DNA of 64,000 bases from a virus, in IMG/VR virus record IMGVR_UViG_3300020162_001876, positions 32,001-96,000 of that record; one strand, written 5' to 3'. This document shows, one piece after another, positions 56,647-64,000 of the stretch; within the stretch, counting starts at the first letter, position 1, and every line of letters starts with the position of its first letter. A program made the position numbers and the translations under genes. The notes under the pieces are model-generated. The model saw only the letters and a program-made list of their open reading frames with translations. It searched no databases and was not told the DNA's origin.

Positions 56647-57675
56647 ATGAATTATAAAGATCTTTTAAATAATATAAAAGAAGATTCAACTAGTGAGGCC
56701 CTGCATTTAAATAGTAGGGTCTTACTTGTCGATAGTATGAATACCTTCTTAAGATCATTTGCTGTTATAAACAGTACAAATACTCAAGGAACTCAAATAG
56801 GAGGTATGGTTGGATTTTTAAGATCATTAGCTTATGTAGTTAACTTAATACAACCTACTAGGGTAATATGTGTTTTTGATGGTGAAGGAAATACTACAAG
56901 TAGAAAAAATTTATATTCTGATTATAAAGCTAATCGTAAATTAAAAAGAGTGACAAATTGGTCCTCATTTGATAATTTAGAAGAAGAATCTGCTTCATTA
57001 TCACAACAAATGTTAAGATTAATTGATTATTTAAAAACGCTACCTATAAACATTATAACAAGGGATAAATTAGAAGCAGATGATATTATAGGTTATTTAT
57101 CCCCTAGATTCGATTCTACTATTATAATGTCAGCGGACCAGGATTTTTTACAATTATGTAGTGATAAAGTGCAAGTATATTCACCAATTAAGAAAAAATT
57201 TTATGGTCCTAAAGAAGTGTTCGATGAATATGGGTTATGGCCTCAAAACTTTATAAATTATAAAGTATTAATGGGTGACACATCAGATAATTTACCTGGA
57301 GTTAAAGGTTTAGGTCCTAAAAAATTATATAAATTATTTCCTGAAATAACAGGAGATAGACAAGTACCTTTACAAGAAATTATTCAAAAAGGATATGATA
57401 ATAGTGAGGTAAATGGTCTTTATGGTAATGTTTATTTATTTAGAAAACAGTTGGAAATCAACGAGAAACTAATGTCATTAGCAAACCCCAATATGCCTGA
57501 CTATGATATCAAAGTACTTAAAGATCTAATTAAAGAAGAACCTTATACTCTAAATCAAACAAGATTCTTACAATTACATCAATCAGATTTACTAGAAATT
57601 CAAATCTCTCCTAATATAGAGTTTTGGGTCTCAAATAATTTTTCATATCTTACAAAATATAAACATAAAAAATAA
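56647..57675 (+). CDS. 5'-3' exonuclease / RNase H (FEN-like)
   Basis: LVDSMN; VFDG; YKANR; EADD; S.DQDF.QL; GD.SDN.PGV.G.G.K. Confidence 0.9.
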   Translation: MNYKDLLNNIKEDSTSEALHLNSRVLLVDSMNTFLRSFAVINSTNTQGTQIGGMVGFLRSLAYVVNLIQPTRVICVFDGEGNTTSRKNLYSDYKANRKLKRVTNWSSFDNLEEESASLSQQMLRLIDYLKTLPINIITRDKLEADDIIGYLSPRFDSTIIMSADQDFLQLCSDKVQVYSPIKKKFYGPKEVFDEYGLWPQNFINYKVLMGDTSDNLPGVKGLGPKKLYKLFPEITGDRQVPLQEIIQKGYDNSEVNGLYGNVYLFRKQLEINEKLMSLANPNMPDYDIKVLKDLIKEEPYTLNQTRFLQLHQSDLLEIQISPNIEFWVSNNFSYLTKYKHKK

Positions 57676-57686
57676 AAGTTATATAA

Positions 57687-59072
57687 ATGGTTGCATTTTC
57701 AAGTTTAAAGGATTATGGTCCTACTTTTCAAATAAAAGTTATAAGTTCCTTGTTAAAAAATAAGGGATTTTTACTTAATGTTAGAGACATTATTGATGAT
57801 AATCATTTTGAACATCCTGGCCATAAATGGATTTTAACTGAAGCATTAAAATATTTTGATAAATTTCATACTACTCCTACTCTTGATTCATTAAAAATAG
57901 AAGTTAAGAAAATTGATAATGATATTTTACAAACAGCTGTAAAAGAGCAATTAAAATTAATTTACACCACTCAATATGATGATCAAGAATATGTTGAAGA
58001 AGAATTTGCTAACTTCTGTAAAAATCAATTACTAAAAAACGCATTACTTGATTCAGTAGATTTATTAAAAAGTGGTCATTACGATGATATTAGATTATTA
58101 ATTGATAATGCTTTAAAAGCAGGGGCCGATAAAAATCTAGGTCACGAGTATAAAAAAGATGTTGAATCTCGTTATAGAGAATCAAGTAGAAAAGTAGTAC
58201 CTACACCTTGGGCCATATTAAATACATTACTACAAGGTGGATTAGGTGGAGGTGATTATGGTTTAATCTATGGTGGTCCTGGTGGTGGTAAATCATGGGA
58301 TTTAGTAGCCTTAGGAGCATTTGCTGGTTCATTAGGTTATAAAGTAATTCATTATACTTTAGAATTAGGTGAAGATTATGTTGGTAAAAGATATGATGCC
58401 TACTACACAGGGATTTCTGTAAGTGATGTTCACAATTTTCAAGATAAAATTAAGGAAATGTTAGATGAATATGATGATAATATTATTATTAAAGAATATC
58501 CATCTAAAGGAGCATCTTTAACTACAATTAAATCGCATATTCAAAAAACAATGGATTTAGGTTTTACTCCTGATTTAATTTTAATTGATTATGTAGATTT
58601 ATTAAAACCTCCTTCAAGACGTAAAGAAAAAAAAGAAGAAATTGATGATTTACATTATGGAACTAAAGGTTTAGCCAAAGAATTAAATTTGCCTATTTGG
58701 TCTGTTTCACAAGTAAATAGAGCAGGTGCTAAAGATGAAATTGTAGAAGGTGATAAATCAGCAGGTTCATATGAAAAACAAGCCATTGTAGATTTTGGTA
58801 TGTCTCAATCTAGGTTGAAAAAAGATAAAACTGAAGGTACAGGTAGATGGCATATTCAAAAGAATCGTTATGGTCCTGATGGTATGACTTACAATGTCAA
58901 TATTGATACATCTTGTGGTCATATTGAAGTGCTAGGAGAATATGATGATACTGAAGATTATAAAAATCAACCACAAGCTTCTGCATCTAAATTTGGAGGA
59001 ATTACTTCTAATGAGAAAAATACAATGAGTAATTTATTTAAAAATTTTACTTTAAACACTGATACTGAATAA
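57687..59072 (+). CDS. DnaB-like replicative helicase (T4 gp41-like)
   Basis: GGPGGGKS; TLEL; IDYVDLL; SQVNR; KNRYGPDG. Confidence 0.9.
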   Translation: MVAFSSLKDYGPTFQIKVISSLLKNKGFLLNVRDIIDDNHFEHPGHKWILTEALKYFDKFHTTPTLDSLKIEVKKIDNDILQTAVKEQLKLIYTTQYDDQEYVEEEFANFCKNQLLKNALLDSVDLLKSGHYDDIRLLIDNALKAGADKNLGHEYKKDVESRYRESSRKVVPTPWAILNTLLQGGLGGGDYGLIYGGPGGGKSWDLVALGAFAGSLGYKVIHYTLELGEDYVGKRYDAYYTGISVSDVHNFQDKIKEMLDEYDDNIIIKEYPSKGASLTTIKSHIQKTMDLGFTPDLILIDYVDLLKPPSRRKEKKEEIDDLHYGTKGLAKELNLPIWSVSQVNRAGAKDEIVEGDKSAGSYEKQAIVDFGMSQSRLKKDKTEGTGRWHIQKNRYGPDGMTYNVNIDTSCGHIEVLGEYDDTEDYKNQPQASASKFGGITSNEKNTMSNLFKNFTLNTDTE

Positions 59073-59080
59073 TATTTATA
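59071..59080 (+). promoter_or_regulatory. Putative late promoter AATATTTATA
   Basis: Recurrent intergenic motif. Confidence 0.5.
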
Positions 59081-59107
59081 ACCACGTCTTTTAAATTTTA
59101 AAAATTT

Positions 59108-60058
59108 ATGTTAACAATACCTCGCCATTATTATAAACCATTTGAATATCAAGAAGCTTTTGATTTTTATTTAAATCAACAAAGAGCTCACTGGTTAGCA
59201 GATGAAGTTCCTTTAGCATCTGATTTAAATGATTGGAAATTAAAACTAACAGAAGAAGAAAAAAACCTAATAGGTAACATTTTAAAATCATTTGCTCAAA
59301 CTGAAGTACATGTAAATGATTATTGGTCATCAAATGTATCTAAATGGTTCCCAAAACCTGAAATAGTAGCAATGACTTCTACATTTGGTTCTTTTGAAGC
59401 AATTCATGCTCAAGCATATGCTCGATTAAACGAAGAATTAGGATTAGAAGATTTTGCAGCCTTTTTGGAAGATGAAGCATCAGCTGCTAAAATTGATAGA
59501 TTATTAAATACTCCTAATGAAACTTTAGAAGAAAAAGCGCAATCTTTAGCAATATTTTCTGCTTTTACTGAAGGTGTTAATTTGTTTTCTTCATTCGCTA
59601 TATTAATGTCTTTTCAATTAAGAAATTTAATGAAAGGTACCGGACAAATTGTAGAATGGAGTGTAAGAGATGAATCTTTACATTCAAAAGCTGGGTGTTG
59701 GCTATTTAGAACTTTATTAAATGAGAATCCTAAATTAAACACTGATGATTTACGTAATAAAATAACTGAAGCTTGTCATTTATCAGTAAAATTAGAATTT
59801 GATTTTATTGATAAAGCTTTTGAAATGGGTGATATTGAAGGTTTAAATAAAGATCAATTAAAAAACTTTATTAAAGCTAGAGCAAATGAAAAAATAGTTG
59901 AATTGGGTTATCATGCTATATATAATGATATTGACCCAAATTTATTAAAACAAATGGAGTGGTTTGGTCATTTAACATCAGGTAAAACACATCAAGATTT
60001 TTTCGCAGGTAGAGTAACAAGTTATGCAAAATCCACAGCCGATTGGGATGATTTATAA
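59108..60058 (+). CDS. nrdB: Class I ribonucleotide reductase beta subunit
   Basis: W...EV.L..D..DW; EAIH..AY; EG..LFSSF; RDESLH; DFF..RV..Y. Confidence 0.95.
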   Translation: MLTIPRHYYKPFEYQEAFDFYLNQQRAHWLADEVPLASDLNDWKLKLTEEEKNLIGNILKSFAQTEVHVNDYWSSNVSKWFPKPEIVAMTSTFGSFEAIHAQAYARLNEELGLEDFAAFLEDEASAAKIDRLLNTPNETLEEKAQSLAIFSAFTEGVNLFSSFAILMSFQLRNLMKGTGQIVEWSVRDESLHSKAGCWLFRTLLNENPKLNTDDLRNKITEACHLSVKLEFDFIDKAFEMGDIEGLNKDQLKNFIKARANEKIVELGYHAIYNDIDPNLLKQMEWFGHLTSGKTHQDFFAGRVTSYAKSTADWDDL

Positions 60059-60072
60059 ATAAATAATTAAAA

Positions 60073-61800
60073 ATGAGTATACAAGTAGATACAAGTACAT
60101 GGGTTAAAGGAAAACAATACCCAACATGGGCTGATGAAATTTCATTAAGTATTATTTCTAAAGGGTATTTATTACCTGAAGAAGATATGTTTAAGGCTTT
60201 TACTAGAGTTAGCAAAGCATCAGCACGAAGATTAAAAAGAAAAGACTTACAACCATTCTTTTATGAAGCAATGGTTAAAAATTGGTTATGTTTAGCATCA
60301 CCTGTATTTTCAAATATGGGAACTGAAAGAGGTATGCCTATTTCATGTTTTGGAATTGATGTAGATGATTCAATTGAAGGAATTGCTCATTCTAATTCTG
60401 AATTAATGAGATTATCTTCACAAGGGGGTGGAGTAGGAGTAGGTTTATCTCGTATTAGAGGTAGAGGTAAAACTATTAAAGATAACGGTGTAAGTGAAGG
60501 AGTAGTACCTTGGGCTAAAATATTTGATTCAACTATATTAGCAACTAATCAAGGCTCAGTACGTAGAGGAGCAGCATCTGTTAATTTAAGTATTAATCAT
60601 CCTGATATCGAAGAATTTATGAGTATTCGTAGACCAAAAGGTGATGTTAATAGACAATGCTTAAATCTTCATCAATGTGTTATAATTGATGATGAATTTA
60701 TGAATAAACTTGAAGAAAGAGATCCTAAATCATTAAAATTATGGGGAGAAATTCTTAAAACTCGTTTAGAAACAGGTGAACCCTATATAATGTTTGAGGA
60801 TAATATTAATAATACTAACCCTCAACCCTATAAAAATAATAATCTTAAAGTAACAATGACAAACATTTGTTCTGAAATTGCACTTTATACAGATGAATTA
60901 CACTCATTCATATGTTGTTTATCCTCATTAAATTTAGCAAGATGGGATGAATGGAAAGATTATAAATTTGAAAATGGTATGACCTTACCCGAGTTATCTA
61001 CTTGGTTTTTAGAAGGAGCATTACAAGAATTTATTGATAGAGCAAAACATATTAAGTTTTTTGAAAATACTGTACGTTCCGCTACTAAAGGAAGAGCAAT
61101 TGGCTTAGGGGTTTTAGGATGGCATACATTTTTACAATCTAAAAATTTACCATTTATCGGAATACAAGCAGATACTTATACTAGAATGATGTTTGATTTT
61201 ATTGAACAAGAATCTATTAAAGCCTCTAAAGCTCAAGCATTAGAATATGGTGAACCTGAATGGTGTAAAGGAACCGGATTACGTCATACACATTTAATGG
61301 CTATAGCTCCAACAGTATCAAATGCCCATATTTCAGGGGGTGTTTCACCTTCAATTGAACCAATTCCTGCTAATGTTTTTAATTTAAAAACAGCTAAAGG
61401 AGTATTTATTAAGAAAAATCCAATATTAGAAAAATTATTAGAAAGTAAAGGATTTAATATTGATAGTGTTTGGGATCAAATATTAAAAGATCAAGGTTCA
61501 GTATTAGGATTACCTGATTATATTTTATCAGATGAAGAAAAAGAAGTATTTTTAACTTTTAAAGAGATTAACCAGTTAGAAATTGTAAAACAAAATGCTA
61601 TTAGACAAAAATATGTTGATCAAGCAATTTCTTTAAATTTATCTTTTGATCCTAACGATACACCTAAATGGATTAGTACTGTACATAAAGAAGCACATGC
61701 TTTAGGGATTAAAACCTTATACTATTTAAGAACTGAATCAGTATTAAGAGGAGATAATTTACAACGTACCGCTGAAAGTTGTGTTAGTTGTGAAGGTTAA
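60073..61800 (+). CDS. nrdA: Class I ribonucleotide reductase alpha subunit, no evident ATP cone
   Basis: PISCF; GGGVG; TNICSEI; AIAPT; DQAISLN; KTLYYLR; C-terminal CVSCEG. Confidence 0.95.
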   Translation: MSIQVDTSTWVKGKQYPTWADEISLSIISKGYLLPEEDMFKAFTRVSKASARRLKRKDLQPFFYEAMVKNWLCLASPVFSNMGTERGMPISCFGIDVDDSIEGIAHSNSELMRLSSQGGGVGVGLSRIRGRGKTIKDNGVSEGVVPWAKIFDSTILATNQGSVRRGAASVNLSINHPDIEEFMSIRRPKGDVNRQCLNLHQCVIIDDEFMNKLEERDPKSLKLWGEILKTRLETGEPYIMFEDNINNTNPQPYKNNNLKVTMTNICSEIALYTDELHSFICCLSSLNLARWDEWKDYKFENGMTLPELSTWFLEGALQEFIDRAKHIKFFENTVRSATKGRAIGLGVLGWHTFLQSKNLPFIGIQADTYTRMMFDFIEQESIKASKAQALEYGEPEWCKGTGLRHTHLMAIAPTVSNAHISGGVSPSIEPIPANVFNLKTAKGVFIKKNPILEKLLESKGFNIDSVWDQILKDQGSVLGLPDYILSDEEKEVFLTFKEINQLEIVKQNAIRQKYVDQAISLNLSFDPNDTPKWISTVHKEAHALGIKTLYYLRTESVLRGDNLQRTAESCVSCEG

Positions 61801-61824
61801 ATAATATTATAAATCTTTAAAAAG

Positions 61825-61850
61825 AAGCCCTAGATATTCTAGGGCTTTTT
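61825..61850 (+). terminator. Intrinsic terminator
   Basis: AAGCCCTAGA-TAT-TCTAGGGCTT + T run. Confidence 0.8.
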
Positions 61851-61859
61851 ATATTTATA
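61851..61859 (+). promoter_or_regulatory. Putative late promoter ATATTTATA
   Basis: Recurrent intergenic motif. Confidence 0.55.
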
Positions 61860-61927
61860 TTAAAATAGTTCTTGTTAATATGGTTTTATTATTAGGTTAT
61901 AATTAATCAATTTAAAAACATATTATT

Positions 61928-62167
61928 ATGGGATTTTTTAGCATTTTTAAGAAATCAAATGATTACAACGAAAAAGTTGTAATAGGATTTCTATCTTTTA
62001 TGGTAATGGTTATCGCAATCGCAATAGACCTAATTACAGGATACATGGGCAAGGCATTGGAATTAAATGAATACATATTTGATGCATTCATGTATATAAC
62101 TCTTGGCAGTTTTCTTCCTGATGTAATTGAAAAGTTTGCCGGTTTTAGAAATAATAAACCAGAATAA
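61928..62167 (+). CDS. Small two-TM membrane protein (holin-like)
   Basis: Two hydrophobic helices; ends EKF + basic tail; upstream of endolysin. Confidence 0.6.
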   Translation: MGFFSIFKKSNDYNEKVVIGFLSFMVMVIAIAIDLITGYMGKALELNEYIFDAFMYITLGSFLPDVIEKFAGFRNNKPE

Positions 62168-62573
62168 ACTTAAAATCTTGAAAAACTTAAATGAATTTAT
62201 ACCTGCATTTCTAAATGGGGGATGGGTAGTATTATTAATAGGGGCAGCAGGAATGATTGCCCGATTAGTGACTTCCTCTTCTCCTGAAGAAACCAGTACC
62301 AATAATATTGTTAAAAATATCATAGCAGCTATGATTACTTCTTTATTGGCTTGGTTTATCCTAGAACAATTTGAAATTGACTCATTATATAAGGCTTTAA
62401 TTTACGGTTTAGGAGGTCTAAATTCACCAGAAATCTTAAGTGGAATTTTAAAAATATCTACATCATTCTCAAATAACCCAGGTGAGTTCCTTTCAAATAT
62501 AAAATCAGGTAAGGTACAAACATCTCCTAAAAGAAATACAAAAGTCATAAAAAGACCAGTTAAAAGAAAATAA
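62127..62573 (+). CDS. Three-TM holin-like protein (start possibly TTG 62178)
   Basis: GAAGMIARL, AAMITSLLAWF, GLGGL.SPEIL; basic C-tail. Confidence 0.6.
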   Translation: MKSLPVLEIINQNKLKILKNLNEFIPAFLNGGWVVLLIGAAGMIARLVTSSSPEETSTNNIVKNIIAAMITSLLAWFILEQFEIDSLYKALIYGLGGLNSPEILSGILKISTSFSNNPGEFLSNIKSGKVQTSPKRNTKVIKRPVKRK

Positions 62574-62577
62574 TTAT

Positions 62578-63279
62578 ATGAACAACCAAAAGACATTTAT
62601 GTTAGTTTTAACCTCAATCGTTCTACTTATTGCAGGTTATGGAATTTATGTAGAGAAGAGTATTAAAGCTTCTGCTACAACAATCTTAGAGGATAGGCTA
62701 AAACCTGTACCTCTTATCTCTCACAGATTCGATTACTATGGAACTACCATCCAGGATAACTTTTCCAGTAATGTAGTTAACTATGAACAATTACTAGCCA
62801 ATAGAGGGGAAATGGAAAGAGTAAAGAGAGAAACTGAAGAAGGTTGGAATGCTTACAAAGAAACTTACTTAACTCCTGAAGAAGCAAAATTAGTAGAACG
62901 TGCTCAAAAGGGAATGGATGAGGCTGATGCTTTGGTTAGTTTATTATTAGAAAAAGCAGTTACTGATAGAAAAGCAGTAGATAGTATTCTAAAAACTGGA
63001 ATATTAAATGAAAAAATCACTCCTGTACTTGACGATACCAATGCTTTAATGGATTTACAAACTGAGGTTGGTAAACAAGAAACTATCAAAATGATTGAGT
63101 TACTTAAAAACTTTTCAAATTTTATGATGGGTGCCTTAGCTTTAGCAATTGTATTACTAGGTTCTATAGTATATCCAATGATAAAGAAGCCAAAAGAACA
63201 ACCTAAAACAAGAAGAAAAGCTCCTGTTAAAAAACCAGCGGCTAGAAAAACAACACCTAGAAAAACTGTTAAAAAATAA
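62578..63279 (+). CDS. Membrane protein with chemoreceptor-type four-helix-bundle (4HB_MCP-like) periplasmic domain and no signalling domain
   Basis: TM1, TILEDRLKP, WNAYKETYLTPEEAKL, LMDLQ.EVG, TM2, Lys/Arg/Pro tail. Confidence 0.7.
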   Translation: MNNQKTFMLVLTSIVLLIAGYGIYVEKSIKASATTILEDRLKPVPLISHRFDYYGTTIQDNFSSNVVNYEQLLANRGEMERVKRETEEGWNAYKETYLTPEEAKLVERAQKGMDEADALVSLLLEKAVTDRKAVDSILKTGILNEKITPVLDDTNALMDLQTEVGKQETIKMIELLKNFSNFMMGALALAIVLLGSIVYPMIKKPKEQPKTRRKAPVKKPAARKTTPRKTVKK

Positions 63280-63719
63280 TGAAAAAACTTTTTATCTTTT
63301 TTATATTTTTAATATCTTTTATGAGCTATTCTCAAGCTAAATATTATATATGTTTTGCCCCAAATATAGCTTTTAATTCAACCACCCAAGATCCCAAAAA
63401 CTTATTAGGATGTAACATAGAAATAGGTAAGTATGTAGGAAATACTTCTATAGGAATTACAACAGGTTTATACTCTATAGAGAGTAAATCATTATACTCA
63501 GAATTAATTGTCACTGTACCTATCAGTAAAGAATATCCAATTTCAATATCAGCAGGAGTAGGATGGTTTTATTTCCAAAAAGATATTACAATGGAGTATG
63601 ATATTAACTATGCTTTTAAACTTAAAGATGATTTATCACTTATAATAACATTAAATAATCAAAGTGCTTTTGGTACTACTTCACAAGCTTTTTGCATAGG
63701 GTTAAATAAGGATTTTTAA
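63279..63719 (+). CDS. Secreted small outer-membrane beta-barrel-like protein
   Basis: MKK + hydrophobic signal peptide (SYSQA); alternating beta strands; C-terminal Phe. Confidence 0.55.
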   Translation: MKKLFIFFIFLISFMSYSQAKYYICFAPNIAFNSTTQDPKNLLGCNIEIGKYVGNTSIGITTGLYSIESKSLYSELIVTVPISKEYPISISAGVGWFYFQKDITMEYDINYAFKLKDDLSLIITLNNQSAFGTTSQAFCIGLNKDF

Positions 63720-63722
63720 TTA

Positions 63723-63731
63723 AATATTTAT
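63723..63731 (+). promoter_or_regulatory. Putative late promoter AATATTTAT
   Basis: Recurrent intergenic motif. Confidence 0.55.
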
Positions 63732-63752
63732 TATAAATAAAAACCACATAAT

Positions 63753-64000
63753 ATGAGTTTAACATCACTACAGACTAAAATTGGAGTAGCAGCTGACGGA
63801 GCATTTAGCCCAGGCACAATGAAAAAAGCAATGGAGTTTTATAAATTAACTCCAGTAAGAGCAGCACATTTCTTTGCTCAAACCTCTCACGAAACAGGAG
63901 GGTTTAAAGCATTCTCGGAAAATTTAAACTACTCAGCACAAGGTCTACAAGGTATATTTGGAAAATATTTTCCAGGTAATTTAGAAGAATCTTACGCTAG
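63753..64000 (+). CDS. GH19-family endolysin, 3'-partial (absent from ORF track)
   Basis: MSLTSLQTKIGVAADGAFSPGT...AAHFFAQTSHETGGF..FSENLNYSA; open to window end. Confidence 0.85.
   Translation, partial: MSLTSLQTKIGVAADGAFSPGTMKKAMEFYKLTPVRAAHFFAQTSHETGGFKAFSENLNYSAQGLQGIFGKYFPGNLEESYA

Noticed and set aside
8629-63089. Minus-strand ORFs in the track (e.g. 8629, 10894, 13639, 22890, 23258, 24824, 25337, 33808, 43223, 45036, 59916, 62063)
   Set aside because: All are short shadows antisense to well-supported + strand genes, with no motifs or promoters
5828-63731. TATAAATA on the minus strand as true T4 late promoters driving antisense genes
   Set aside because: No credible minus-strand genes lie downstream; positions match + strand gene starts. 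Antisense RNA cannot be excluded without data
1-64000. tRNA genes, introns, inteins, alternative genetic code
   Set aside because: No intergenic gap shows a cloverleaf; terminase, helicase, RecA and NrdAB are uninterrupted and of ordinary length; core genes translate intact in code 11 and several end at TAG

Overview
A 64 kb segment of a very AT-rich, T4-like (contractile-tailed) large phage genome. All credible genes lie on the + strand and use the standard code. Gene order: a cluster of probable internal head proteins; accessory early/middle genes (exonuclease, DenV-like glycosylase, FAD oxidoreductase, MoxR AAA+ and vWA-metallopeptidase, nucleotidyltransferase, P-loop kinase); the head module (terminase, portal, prohead protease, scaffold, major capsid); fibre/decoration genes, PhoH, neck, sheath, tube, chaperones, tape measure and baseplate; a replication block (divergent PolA, SSB, RecA/UvsX, 5'-3' exonuclease, DnaB-like helicase, NrdB/NrdA); and the start of a lysis module. 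TTTG-N20-TATATT promoters and A-rich, Shine-Dalgarno-free starts suggest a Bacteroidota host. Most notable: (1) a family of unrelated cargo proteins sharing an N-terminal leader ending in L/I-x-E, some built as LxE-linked polyproteins, including a protein kinase in a repeat-flanked cassette; (2) early promoters whose 20-nt spacer is a covarying 17-bp palindrome; (3) a chemoreceptor-like four-helix-bundle membrane protein plus an outer-membrane barrel between holins and endolysin; (4) a candidate +1 frameshift in the tail chaperone; (5) a PolA with substituted steric-gate and motif residues; (6) a triple stem-loop leader before scaffold/capsid. All family assignments are by eye from motifs and gene order; no searches were run.
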